Assembly: GCA_030390025.1 (NCBI GenBank)
Contig: CM059430.1
Coordinates: 152,334,001 to 152,398,000 of the forward strand
Direction: 5' to 3'
Length of the DNA stretch: 64,000 bases
From: Squalus acanthias
Lineage: Eukaryota
Below, piece by piece: positions 11,599-24,400 of this stretch. Every line of letters starts with the position of its first letter. The first letter of the stretch is position 1. Made by a program: the position numbers and the translations under genes. The notes beneath the pieces were generated by a model that ran no database searches, was not told the DNA's origin, and saw only the letters and a program-made list of their open reading frames with translations.

Positions 11599-12763
11599 GA
11601 TTGAAACAAAAAAAAGCAAAGCACAAGACCATCAAAATAATGCAGATGACAGCTACACCAATGGGACCAACCAGACCCCCTAGCTTCATTTTGTATAGAG
11701 AGGTAGATAGTGACAGATCACTGAGGACAAAAGGATCTGTTAAATCATGCAATATCTTTAAAAGGCATTGGCTACATTTAACTTACGAAGCTGCTACAAT
11801 GTTAGCTGCTCCAACTTCTGTGGCAGTGTTGTAACACAAAGGATTAGCACTGTGCCTCCGGCCCCCTCAAGAGATGTGTTTACCCCACACCTTCAGAAAT
11901 ATAACGGTTGAATTAGTAAACATAGTGGCCACTAGTGGCATGTACAAACTGCAACCATTTTCTTTTGTATCCCAGGCAGCCAAGTGTCGGCCAGCAGTGG
12001 AACTTTTCAATTCCTGCCTGGATGGAGCTTCCTCAGCTACCTGGCATGGTCGGTGGTCAGAAAAAAGTCACACTGTGGCTTTTAAGCATTCTTTTGTTTT
12101 GGCATTGATGCTTTAAAGAAAGAACTTGTATTTATCATCTCCTCAGCACTTTAAACAGAAAATTAATGAATAACCAGATAATTTGTTTTTCATGGTGAGT
12201 TGAGGGAGGAATGTTGGCCAGGACAATGAGAGAAATCTTTCGTCTTTTCAAATAGTGCGCAGGTACAGTAGCTTGGCATCTAACCAACAATGTGGAACAT
12301 TTCCCAGGTATGTCTTATCCATAAAAAGCAGGACAAATCTAAACCAGCCAATTATCACCCTATCAGACTCCTCCAAACATCATAAAAGTGATTGAAGAAG
12401 TTATCAATAGTGTCATCAAGTGACATCTACTTATCAACAACCTACTCACTGATGCTCAGTTTAGGTTTTGCCAGAATCACTCAACCGCAGACTTACAGCC
12501 TTCATTCAGACATAGGCACGAGAGCTAGATGCAAGAGGAGAGGTGAGGGTAACTGCCTTCGACATCAAGGCAGTTTTTGTCACAAGTATGACATCAAGGA
12601 GCCCTTGCATAATTACGGTCAAAGGGGGTTGGGAGAAACTCCTCCAGTGGCTGAAGTCAAACCTGGCACACAGGAAGATGGTCATAGCTGTTATCACAGC
12701 TCCATGACTTCATTGCCTGAGTTCCTCAGGGCAGCTCTCTCAGCCCACCACCTTCAACTACTT

Positions 12764-13011
12764 TGTTGAGGCTGCCGCGAAACACGAATTAAGACTGAAT
12801 CCATGTGTGGAAAACAAAGGCTTTTTAATACAACTGCATGGTCCAAAATGGCTGAAACCAACTGCTCCCAGAATTCTCTGGAAAAATCCTGAGGCCCCGC
12901 CCACTCCTTTTCTCCTGCCTTAAAGGCAAGGTGCCTTAAAGGCAAGGTGCCCGATATTTTGTCCACGGGCGGAAAAGTGGATTATGCCCGTTTAGGTGGC
13001 GATCCGCCACA
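12764..13011 (-). mobile_element. Solo LTR, 248 bp
   Basis: TG...CA ends, 4-bp TSD ACTT (12760-63 / 13012-15), ATTAAA on the minus strand; cleanly interrupts the LINE. Confidence 0.8.
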
Positions 13012-13243
13012 ACTTCATCAATGACCTTCTGATCAGGAGTGGAGCTGTTCACTGACGATTCTACAGTGTTCAGCTTCATTCGCAACACCTCTGGTAATGA
13101 AGCAGCCCATGCCAACCTACGGCAGGGCCTGGACAACATCCATGCTTGGCAGGTCACATTTGTGCCACATAAATGCCAGGCAATAATCATCTCCAACAAC
13201 AAAAGGCCGAACCACTTACCCTGACCTTTAATAGCACCTTTAC

Positions 13244-13681
13244 GGGTACGCTAATGTAGTGGTTATGTTACTGGACTAGTAATCCAGAAGTCTGGACCAC
13301 TATATTACAATCGAACCTGAGTTCAAATCTCACCATTGCAGTTTTGAGAATTTGAATTCAGTTTTTAACAAATCAGTAAAAGTGACCATGAAGCTGCTGG
13401 ATTGTCTTAAAAAACCCAAATGGTTCACTAATGTCCTTAGTGAATTGGATGTAAACCTGATGTCTTGTACCCAGTCTGGCCTATATGTGACTCCGGTCCC
13501 ACACCAACGTGGTTGACTCTTAACTTCCCGCTGAAATGGCCTAGTAAGTCACTTTGTATGAAAGCGCTACAAAGAATCTGCAGCGGTTGAAGTATGCCCA
13601 ACACCACCTTCTCAGGGCAACTAGAGTTAGGCCTTAAATGCCAGCCTTGCCAGCGATGCCCACATCCCGAGAATAAAAAAA
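13244..13681 (+). mobile_element. tRNA-headed SINE consisting of the 5' ~330 bp and 3' ~100 bp of the 21474 LINE
   Basis: Head and body match 21474-21810; tail matches 24650-24760; ends in an A-run. Confidence 0.85.
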
Positions 13682-14281
13682 GCTCCCCACCATCTACATT
13701 CTGAGTTCATAACTGATCAGAAGCTTGACTGGACCAGCCATATCAACAACTTGGCTACAAGAACAAGGCAGAGTCAGGGTACTTTAGGAGAAGCGGCTTA
13801 CCTCCTGACCCCTCAAAGACTCTCCATTATCTATAATGCACAAGTCAGGGGTGCGATGCAATACTCACCACTTGCCTGGATGTGTACATCTCCATGAGCA
13901 CTCAAGTAGTTTGACACCATCTGGGACAAAGCAGTTTGTTTGATTAGTGCCCCTGCCATTGGACGCAATATCCAGCACCACCCCCACCCCCCACCACCAA
14001 TGTACTGTGGCTGCAATATGCACTATTTACAGGATGTACTGTGACAACTTGCTAAGCCTATATTGACCAGTCCTGTGACTTCCAGCATCAAGAAAGACAC
14101 GAAACGTCATGGAAACACCCTCACCTCCAAGTTCCCCCTCTAAGTCGCACAATCCTCACTGAGACATATCTGTTCCTTCATCTTTGCTGGGTTAAACTCC
14201 TGGCATTCCCTGCCTAACACCATTGTGGAAGAACCCTCACCACAAGGACTGCAGCGGTTCAAGGAGAAGGTGCACCACCAC

Positions 14282-14444
14282 CAACATTCCCTTTAAGCTG
14301 CACGGCCACGCAGCGCTCTGCAGGTCCCTCGCAGCCGGTGAGCTGGCTTTTAAATAGAAAAACCGCGCTTGCGTGGAATTTTGAATGGCCCGCGCAGTCT
14401 GTTAAAGGGGCCGTGCGGGCCAAAAAAAATTAGAGGGAAGATTA
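14282..14444. mobile_element. hAT-type MITE
   Basis: Imperfect TIR CAACATTCCCTTTAA / TTAGAGGGAAGATTA; 8-bp TSD ACCACCAC (14274-81 / 14445-52). Confidence 0.75.
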
Positions 14445-14534
14445 ACCACCACCTACTCAGGGCACGAAGGATGAGCAATAAATGCAACCTCGCCAGCATT
14501 GCTCATATCCTAAGAACAAAATGAAAAAAGGATT

Positions 14535-14732
14535 TTGTGTCCACCTGAGTTTGTAGATGGAGCATTTATTTAATACCTCATCCAGAAGGCAGCACTTCCA
14601 AGAATGCAACCCTCCCTCAGTGCTGCACTGAAGTGTAAGCCTAAATTACATGTTCAAGTCCATAGCGGGGCTTGAACCCATAACTTTCTGACTTAGAGGC
14701 GAGATTGCTACCGACTGAGCTAAACTGACACT
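14535..14732 (-). mobile_element. DeuSINE 5' part
   Basis: cctcagtgctgcactgaagtg and a reverse-strand tRNA head. Confidence 0.65.
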
Positions 14733-15699
14733 TAAATCACAAAGCCATTTGCTGGGACATTTTATTTAATGATTAGGTATATTCACCAGTAATAGGTCTT
14801 CTTGGTCTATTAGTACATTCAAATTTCTGTTATGCTTTCAATCATTTTCATTCCAGCCCCATCCAATCAGCTCTTAAATGGCTGCCTCTTAATAGCAAAT
14901 TGAATAAGAGGTCAAGGACATCACACTTTCTGTATGAAAATATTCTTCTTTTATCAAGCCCCACAGCTGTTTTGTGAAGTGTAAAGTGCATATTTATACT
15001 TGCTTTTCCTACCATCTGTAAAAGACAATCAATTCGAATAAAAATTGGACAGGAAATAAAGAACAGCTGTCTCTTTTAGTTGCTGAATTTATCAAGAGAA
15101 GGCAAAGAAATAAATGCGGCTTGAAGATTTATATAACATTTTATTATTCCACCTTATTAACCCTCTGTGCCTTTGTGAGTAATATATTCCCTGCAGTAAT
15201 TCCAAAGACAGGATGCAGACTGATATTTGTGTGTTATCTAGGCAATGAACATGGTAATCTCAGGATAAGGTAAACCTGTTCATTGAGCATCTATCTAGAG
15301 CTAGAATTAGCAGAAATGAGTAAACAGGGTACCTTCAGAAAATAGGTCTCAGCATTCTCCCAATGACCTGGTCTGTAAATGTACTACCTAGACTGGCAGT
15401 AGGCCACATACCCCAGGAAGATCCCAAGTTCAGTACAAGTCTGTGGTGAATTAATTGCTGGCAGCTAGAGCACTGGTAGGAGTACCACAATTAGCCCAGC
15501 AAAACTCACCATCTAGCTGTATGCATGAAGAATGGATGCTTGAGTGAGCTATGGGAGGGCTAATGGCACCATTGGCGACCTAGCAGAGTCGATGTATTCA
15601 AGAGAAGGGAGCAAAAGGGAACAAAATGAGAAAAAAAAACATTACAGTAACTTTCATTTCAACCCAAGATGGTGCAGTGGAACAGATGGTAAGACATGG

Positions 15700-15771
15700 G
15701 AAATAACAAAAGAAATTGCTGGAAACACTCAGCAGGCCAGGCAGCATCCGTGGAGAGAGAAACAGAGTTAA
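15700..15771 (-). mobile_element. PLE family B tail fragment
   Basis: gctggaaacactcagcaggccaggcagcatccgtggagagagaaacagagttaa matches the other family B copies. Confidence 0.75.
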
Positions 15772-16707
15772 TGAAATCTATCGCAACGGGATGGGAATAA
15801 TTTATGTCCTCTCATCCTGGTCCTCTCAATCGGAGGAGCAGCAGCCGCATGGCTCAGCGCAGATCTTCCTGGGAAGAGGAGAAGGAGGAGGACGAGGGGC
15901 GCCTTGCATACCCTGTTGTGACCAATACAGCATCCCTCCAGTTCACTGCTGCCCGTCAAGCAGGGTATGCACACTGCTATGACACATTCGCATAAGTTTA
16001 CTCTTCAACCATAGGTGGCTACCATATGGCTCTGTAATTGTTGCCGACATTAGTCCAACGTCATACATCATCTCTGCTATATCTGGTTATTTCCTATCAC
16101 TATCACCATCAGCATTACAAAAGCAAGTCGCCCTGAGCCCTCAAAGCGCATTTGCCATTTCCCAGAACACATAGGCCACACAATCAACTGTTTGCCATAA
16201 TTTTTCTTTACCACATGACAAAAGGATCACAAACCAATAACAGTCAGAAAAAAAAGACAAAACACCCACGTGAGTCCCCTTGTGACTATATGTGCTTAAT
16301 CTTTCTTTTACGCGTGCTTCTATGTGGTGCTACCCCCTGTGGCTTCAGCAGATGTAGAGGCACCTTGCTGACTAGGATGCTGCTCCTGCTTAGATGCCTT
16401 TGGGGGGCGTCCTCTGGGTTTGGGAGCCTGAGAGGGCTCTTCAACAGTCTGCTCTTCCTGCGGCTGTGCAGGGGCTGAAACGGCCATCTCAGTTGGCTCT
16501 GCAAAGTGGGTCTCTGACCGAGGGCTCCGCAGTGGCATGGTCGTGTGAGCGCTTGGAGAGGAGCCCACACTTCCTTGTGTCCTGCCAACAACATCCCTCT
16601 CATGGGTCAGTGCTGGCAAGTGGCTGGAGAACACCTTGCTGCACATCAGGGGGACCATGAGGACCCGTATCTCCACTGGCAGTCCTCATCACAAGGACGT
16701 CCATGAA

Positions 16708-18278
16708 ACATAGAAACATAGAAAATAGGTACAGGAGTAGACCATTCGGTCCTTCGAGCCTGCACCGCCATTCAATGCGTTCATGGCTGAACATGCTACC
16801 TCAGTACCCCATTCCTGCTTTCTCGCCATACCCCTTGATCCCCTTAGTGTGAGTGTTATATCTAACTCCCTTTTGAATATATTTAGCGAACTGGCCTCAA
16901 CAACCTTCTGTGGAAGAGAATTCCATAGATTCACCACTCTCTGGGTGAAGAAGTTCCTCCTCAGCTCAGTCCTAAATGGCTTCCCCTTAATCCTTAGACT
17001 GTGACCCCTGGTTCTAGTTTTCCCTACCATTGGGAACATTCTGCCCGCATCTAATTTGTCTAAACCAGTCAGGATTTTAAATGTCTCTATAAGATCCCCC
17101 CTCATTCTTCTGAACTCCAGAGGATACAAGTTCAGTTGACCCAATCTTTCTTGATATGTCAGTCCGGCCATCCCAGGAATCAATCTAGTGAACCTTCGCT
17201 GCACTCCCTCAATAGCAAGAATGTCCTTCCTTAAGTTAGGAGACCAAAACTGCGCACAATACTCCAGGTGTGGCCTCACCAAGGCCCTGTACAACTGCAG
17301 CATCACCTCCCTACTCCTGTACTCAAATCCCCTTGCTATGAAGGCCATCATTCCGTTTGCTTTCTTGACTGCCTGCTGCACTTGCATTCCCACCTTCAGT
17401 GACTGATGTACCATGATGCCCAGGTCTCGTTGCACCTCCCCTTTCCCTAATCTGCCACCATTCAGGTAATATTCCGCCTCTCTATTTTTACCACCAAAGT
17501 GGATAACCTCACATTTATCCACATTATACTTCATCTGCCATACATTTGCCCATTCACCCAACCTGTCCAAGTCACTCTGTAGCCTCCTAGCATCCTCCTC
17601 ATTGTTCACACTGCCTCCCAATTTAGTGTCATCCACAAATTTGGAGATATTACATTTAATCCCTTCGTCCAAATCATTAATATATAATGTAAACAGCTGG
17701 GGTCCCAGCACCGAACCCTGCGGTACCCCGCTGGTCACTGCCTGCCATTCTGAAAAGTACCCATTTACTCCTACTCTTTGTTTCCTGTGTGCCAACCAGT
17801 TCTCAATCCACGTCAACACATTACCCCCAATCCCATGTGCTTTAACTTTGCTCACCAATCTCTTGTGTGGGACCTTGTCGAAGGCCTTCTGAAAGTCCAA
17901 ATACACCACATCTACTGGTTCCCCCCTGTCCACCCTATTGGAAACATCCTCAAAAAATTCCAGAAGATTTGTCAAGCATGATTTCCCTTTCACAAATCCA
18001 TGCTGACTTGGACCTATCATGTCGCCACTTTCCAAATGGTCTGTTATGACATCTTTAATAATTGCTTCCATCATTTTACCCACGACCGATGTCAGGCTGA
18101 CCGGTCTATAATTCCCTGCTTTCTCCCTCCCTCCTTTTTTAAAAAGAGGGGTTACATTGGCCACCCTCCACTCCTTCGGAACTGATCCAGTGTCTAAGGA
18201 ATGTTGGAAAATGATCGTCAATGCATCCACTATTTCCAAGGCCACCTCCTTAAGTACTCTGGGATGCAGACCATCAGA
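16708..18278 (-). mobile_element. 5'-truncated young CR1 LINE with a long open RT frame
   Basis: About 500 codons of uninterrupted RT; FVDD in place of FADD; (ATAGAAAC)n tail; TSD CCATGAA (16701-07 / 18279-85). Confidence 0.95.
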
Positions 18279-18944
18279 CCATGAAGCTCTGGTCTCTCTG
18301 CTCAATAGCTGCCCATCTCTCCTCCAGAGATGACATTCTATTTTGAACATTCACCATGTTTTCCTGACTCTGGCGACTTATTTCCTCCATGGCGGTAGCC
18401 AGCCTTTCCACAAAGGTTGCCATCCTATCCATGGAGGTTGCCATCCTATCCATGGTGGTGTGTTCATGCGCCATTGCCTCCACCACGGCAGTGCTGATGT
18501 TACAGATGGACTCCTCCATTCTATCCACACTCGCACTAACCCTGGCGGCAAACCCTTCCAGAGACTCCTGCACTTGTTCCTGTATTTCATAAGACGCTCT
18601 TTTTCTGGACGGCCCCAGAGGCACAGCGTCTGCATGCAGCTCAGCAGAGCTAGGAGATTGCTGCGACCTCCGCCGAGGACTCTCCACTGCTGTCGCTGTC
18701 TCCACCATGTGCTGATGCTCACTTGTGCGCTGTGATAGACCAGGTGGCAACACTACCCTAACTCGTGAGGGCCCCACCGAGGTGTGCGTTGCTGTGCTGG
18801 TGCTGGGTGCGCGGAGTCCTGGTGACGCTGCTCCCTCAGAGGCTTCAGGTTCCTCTGAGGAGTCGTCTGGCTCTTCGTCCTGGAACGTGGGGAGGGGGGC
18901 GCTCGATGGTCCTGTGGGAGAGTAAAGGCATGATTTAGACATCT

Positions 18945-19677
18945 GGGGGGAAAAATTGAATCGCGCCCCAGCTAATGTCGGGCGCCCGGAAAAAATTAGC
19001 GCCCCCACGGCTGAAATTCACTGGTAGTGCCCCAAGAGGGAGGTGGGGCGCTACTGGAAGCGCCCCACCTCCCTCTTGGGGTGCTGCGAGTGAATATAGC
19101 GGCGCTACGTGGCACTGCGGCACGTCACACTGCGGCACTGTAGGCCTTCCTCCCCTTCTTAAAGGGGAGGGGCCTAGCGCAGCGCGACCCGGGACCCGGG
19201 GCCCAGCTGGGCCACCAGGGATCGGAGTGCCAGGAGAAGAGCCCGGCACTCAAGAGAAGTGACGGGCTCACGGAGCGCAGTCAGCACTCCGCGGGGGGGC
19301 TGCAGAGGAGGTCAGCGACGGCAGAGGGGGCAGGTGCTGGCAGGCGGCCAGCAACAAAAATGACTGCCCGGCACCTCCCCTTTAATTTGCGCCACCCCAG
19401 CCGCAGGGAGGCCCCCCTGACCCCGTCGGACATAGCGTCCGGCGGTAAGTCAGCGGGCGCTACCGAAGACCGCAGCCAGGGCACTGCGCACGGTGATGAC
19501 ATCATCGCCGGCGGTGCAGCGCCGCGGGGCGTTAATGGTTACCGCCGCTGCTAACCTCCCGCTGAATTTCGCGGGAGGCGTTGGTGGTGCCGCGCCCAGG
19601 CGCTAGTTGTTTTGTGCCCCGTAAGCGCCCTCTTAGGGCGCTAACGGGAGGCGCAAAGCAACCAAATTTTTAGGCCC
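18945..19677. mobile_element. GC-rich Harbinger-type MITE in the Myb intron
   Basis: GGGGGGAAAAATT...AATTTTTAGGCCC termini; homologous to 3526-3968 and 34513-35405. Confidence 0.75.
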
Positions 19678-21473
19678 TGATATTGATGTAGCAGACACAG
19701 CCTTTTGTGCAGATGATACAACGCGATTCTCTATGAACATCATATGCCATTGCAGTCAATCACTAAATGTCAATGAGAGGGATGAAACTCTATTATGTCA
19801 CCAGCTTCCTCCAGTGTGCCCGTCTCTCCATTGCCCACTTCCAGGTCCTCGCCACCTCCAACAATATTGTGTGCAGCCTCCTCAGCACTTGTCAAGGTTG
19901 CTAGGGTTGGTGTACCTCCTCCAGTCAGTGCTCTCTCCCTCTTGTGGGCTATCTTTTCCTGCAAGGAGGGACACAAGCGAAGTTTCAATCACAGTGATGG
20001 AGTGAGTGTGAAGAATCCCTACCATAGAAGCTTTGAGGGAGACGAAGATGGAACGAGGTGCCAAGAGGAAGCTAGCTCCCTGTGCGTTGTTAGTTGTTGT
20101 CACTGCATGACAGTGAGAGTGAATCTAAGGGGTGCATAGGCAGGATGCTGAAGTGATTCAGTACAGAGACAGAGATGGATAGGTAAGGGTGCAAGGGAAG
20201 TAAGGGTAAGGTGGTATGTGAAGGAGAAGGCTTACAATGCAGAGTGCTGGTGATGAGAAGAGAAGGGAAGCAGATTGAAGGTAAGTGTGATGGGATACTC
20301 ACTTCTGATGTTTGCACAAGATCATTAAACCATTTCCTGCACTGGATCCATGAGCGTGAACATATGGACCTTGCGCTGACCTCCTCAGCAATGCGCAGCC
20401 AGGCTACCCTGGTCTGCTGAGGAAGCTTCCTCCGGCCATCCGGTGGGAAGAGAATCTCCCTGCGCCCTGTACAGCATCAACAAGAGCATGGAGGGACTCA
20501 TCATTAAAGCGTGGAGCTGCCTTGCCTCTGGAAGAACTCATTGTGGATGGAGCAATATCACGGAGTATCAGAATGCAGAAGAGAAAGGCTGAGGCTGAAT
20601 GGCAGCTTTAAAACCAGCTGCTATGATGACATCATCAGAGGCGGCCAGCCGACCCGATCGCACTCATTGGACCGGCCAGCGCGCCCCAATGAACTCAACA
20701 AGCTGATTTAATTAAAATCGGACATCAGCAGCTGATCCCGCCGGAAGCGGCTCCGGAACCCGCCCACCACGCAACCCAACTCCAAGCTGTCTCGGTAATA
20801 AAAATCGAGCCCCTAGTGTCAGAGGACTGAGCTGCTAAAAATGATTTGAAAAGCTTGGACTTTTCAGCCTAGAAAGGAGGTGTCCAAAAGGTATATAAGA
20901 TAGTTAAGGGAATGGAAAAGTAAATCCAGACTATTACTTTCAATTAAATTATGAGGTAGGACAAAGAGACACAGGTTCAAACAGATTTGAGGAAGTTCTT
21001 CTTCACAAATAGTGAAGTAGTGGAGGCAAAAACCCTGGAATTATATAGGAAACAATAATGGGGGGACTTAGGGGTCTTTCTGAATGGAGATGGGCCTCAT
21101 CCATAATTATCTTGTGAAATAACACTGCAGGATGTTATTGTTTTTTTTGGTGATAAGAAGGGATTCTTTAATGCAGGAATACTGTAATATAACTGATTCA
21201 GCATTGTTTAATTGGGCTCAGCTTTAACTTTAAATCCAGTTTGTTTAATCTTGGACAAGGGAATAAATCCCTTGTAATCAGATACGAGGGCTCAGTTGGT
21301 AATCTTAATGTGAAACTGAGTCATACAGACCAAAAAGGTCCCAGGTACCATGCTAGTTTGTATACAGAGGAAGGGGTTATTTTACAGATGCTGGCAGAGT
21401 ATACTTTCCTCCATTTTCCTCATTGGCTGTAAAGCGCTTTGAGACATCCAGTGGTCAAGAAAGGCACTGCATA

Positions 21474-24400
21474 ATGGTAGCATAGTGGTAATGTTACTGG
21501 GCTAGTAATCCAAAAGGCCTGGACTATTGATCTAGAAATGTGAGTTCAAATCCCACCACGGCAGCTGGGGAATTTAAATTCAGTTAATTAAATAAATCTG
21601 GAATAAAAAGCAAATATCAGTAATGGTAACCATGAAACTATCGGATTGTTGTAAAAACCCATCTGGTTCACTAATATCCTTTAGGAAAGGAAATCTGCTG
21701 TCTTTACCTGGTCTGGCCCATATGTGACTCCAGACCCACAGAAATGTGGTTAACTCTTAACTGCCCTCTGAAATGGCCTAGCAAGCCACTCAGTTGTAAC
21801 AAACTGCTACGGAACACAATAATAAGAATAAAACTGGATGTACCACTTGACCTTGGCACTGGCTATGGACATGGCAACGACACACCCAGCCCAGTCGACC
21901 CTGCACAATCCTCCTCACCAACATCTGGGGAGTTGTGCCAAAATTGGGAGAGCTGTCCCACAGACTAGTCAAGCAACAGCCTGACATAGTCACACTCACA
22001 GAATCATACCTTTCAGCCAATGTCCCATCACCATCCCTGGGTATGTCCTGTCCCACCGACAGGACAGACCCACCAGGGGTGGTGGCACAGTGGTATACAG
22101 TCGGGAAGGAGTAGCCCTGGGAGTCCTCAGCATTGACTCTGGACCCCATGATGTTTCCTGGCTTCAGATCAAGCATGGGCAATGAAACCTCCTGCTGATT
22201 ACCACCTACCACTCTCCCTCAACTGATGAATCAGTACTCCTCCATGTTGAACACCACTTGGAAGAAGCACTGAGAGTAGCAAGGGCACAGAATGTACTCT
22301 GGGTGGGGGACTTTAATGTCCATTACCAAGAGTAGCTTGGTAGTACCACTGCTGGCCGAGTCCTGAAGGACATAGCTGCCAGTCTGGGCCTGCAACAGGT
22401 GGTGAGAGAACCAACACAAGCGAAAAGCCTACTTGACCTCATCCTCACCAATCTACCTGTCACAGATGCAGCTGTCCATGACATTATTGGTAGCAGTGAC
22501 CACCGCACAGTCCTTGTGGAGACGAAGTCCCATCTTCACACTGAGGACACCCTCCATCGTGTTGTGCGGCACTACCGCCGTGCTAAATGGGATAGATTCA
22601 GAACAGATCTAGCAGCTCAAAACTGGGCATCCATGAGGCGCTGTGGGGCAGCAGCAGAATTGTATTCCAACACAATTTATAACCTCATGGTCTGGCATAT
22701 CCCTCAATCTACCATTATCATCAAGCCAGGAGACCAACCCTGGTTCAATAAGGAGTGTAGAAGAGCATGGCAGGAGCAGCACCAGGCATACCTAAAAATG
22801 AGGTGCCAACCTGGGGAAGCTGCAACACAGGACTACATGCATGCTAAAAAGCGGAAGCAGCATGCTATAGACAGGGCTAAGCGATCCCACAATCAACGGA
22901 TCAGATCAAAGCTCTGCAGTCCTGCCACATCCAGTCATGAATGGTGGTGGACCATTAAACAACTAACGGGAGGAGGAGGCTCCATGAATATCCCCATCCT
23001 CAATGATGGTGGAGCCCAGCACGTGAGTGCAAAAGACAAGGCTAAAGCATTTGCAACCATCTTCAGCCAGAAGTGCCGAGTGGATGATCCATATCGGCCT
23101 CCTCCTGAGGTCCCCACCATCACAGAAGCCAGTCTTCAGCCAATTTAATTCACTCCACGTGATATCAAGAAACAGCTGAGCGCACTGGATACAACAAAGG
23201 CTGTGGGCCCCGACAACATCCCGGCTGTCGTGCTGAAGACTTGTGCTCCAGAACTAGCCGTGCCTCTAGCCAAGCTGTTCCAGTACAGCTACAACACTGG
23301 CATCTACCTGACAATGTGGAAAACTGCCCAGGTATGTCCTGTCTACAAAAAACAGGACAAATCCAATCCAGCCAATTACCGCCCCATCAGTCTACTCTCA
23401 GTCATCAGCAAAGTGATGGAAGATGTCATCGACAGTGCTATCAAGCGGCACTTACTCACCAATAACCTGCTCACTGATGCCCAGTTTGGATTCCGCCAAG
23501 ACCACTCAGCTCCCGACTTCATTACAGCCTCGGTCCAAACATGGACAAAGGAGCTGAATTCCAGAGGTGAGGTGAGAGTGACTGCCCTTGACATCAAGCA
23601 TTTGACCGAGTGTGGCATCAAGGAGCCCGAGTAAAACTAAAGTCAACGGGAATCGGCGGGGGGGGGGGGGGGGGGGGCGGGTACTCTCCACTGGCTGGAG
23701 TCATACCTAGCACAAAGGAAGATAGTTGTGGTGGTTGAAGGTCAATCATCACAGCCCCAGGACATCGCTGCAGGAGTTACTCAGAGCAGTGTCCTAGGCC
23801 CAACCATCTTCAGCTGCTTCATCAATGACCTTCCCTCTAACATAAGGTCAGAAATGGGGATATTCACTGATGACTGCACAGTGTTCAGTGCCATTCACAA
23901 CTCCTCAGATAATGAAGCAGTCCATGCCCGCATGCAACAAGACCTGGACGACATTCAGAATTGGGCTGATAAGTGGCAGATAACATTCACGCCACACAAG
24001 TGCCAGGCAATGACTATCTCCCACAAGCAAGAGTCTAACCACCGCCCCTTGACATTCAACGGCATTCCATCGCCGAATCTCCCACCATCAACATCCTGGA
24101 GGTCACCATTGACCAGAAACTTAACTGGACCAGCCACATAAATACTGTGGCAACAAGAGCAGGTCAGAGGCTAGGTATTCTGCAGCAAGTGTCTCACCTC
24201 CTGACTCCCCAAAGTCTTTCCATCTACAAGGCACAAGTAAGGAGTGTGATGGAATACTCTCCACTTGCCTGGATGAGTGCAGTTCCAACAACACTCAAGA
24301 AGCTCGACACCATCCTGGACAAAGCAGCATGCTTGATTGGCACCCCATCCACCACCTTAAACATTCACTTGATCCACCATCGGCGTACCGTGGCTGCAGT

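Larger units (their letters stand above)
12255..14520 (+). mobile_element. Old, diverged copy of the tRNA-headed LINE (RT region and 3' end) hosting three nested insertions
   Basis: Colinear with 23280-24760 (FTDD motif, WQVTFVPHKCQA). Confidence 0.8.
16286..20515 (-). pseudogene. Harbinger Myb/SANT-like DNA-binding protein, 3 exons, disrupted
   Basis: Exon 1 RREILFPPDG...AWLRIAEEVSA...SWIQCRKWFNDL then gtgagt; exon 2 ttgcag then EKIAHKRERALTGGG; exon 3 cccacag then GPSSAP..., coiled-coil-like region and a PRGRP AT-hook. CR1 sits in exon 3 and a MITE in intron 2. Confidence 0.8.
15775..20813. mobile_element. Truncated autonomous-type PIF/Harbinger transposon: transposase C-terminus (+) convergent with a Myb/SANT gene (-)
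   Basis: Acidic transposase-like tail (EEEKEEDE...AARQA...TFA*) ends at 15995; Myb-like spliced gene on minus; right end AAAATCGAGCCC. Confidence 0.75.

Noticed and set aside
16689-18350. 553-aa ORF as a host gene or domesticated RT
   Set aside because: It is a 5'-truncated CR1 with a TSD; both ORF ends read into flanking Harbinger or tail sequence.
18274-19008. 244-aa ORF as a standalone gene
   Set aside because: It is exon 3 of the Harbinger Myb gene; the predicted start lies in an intronic MITE and the stop in the CR1.
23657-23677. Poly-G tract as a functional G-quadruplex
   Set aside because: Homopolymer inside a decayed LINE; likely slippage expansion or sequencing error.
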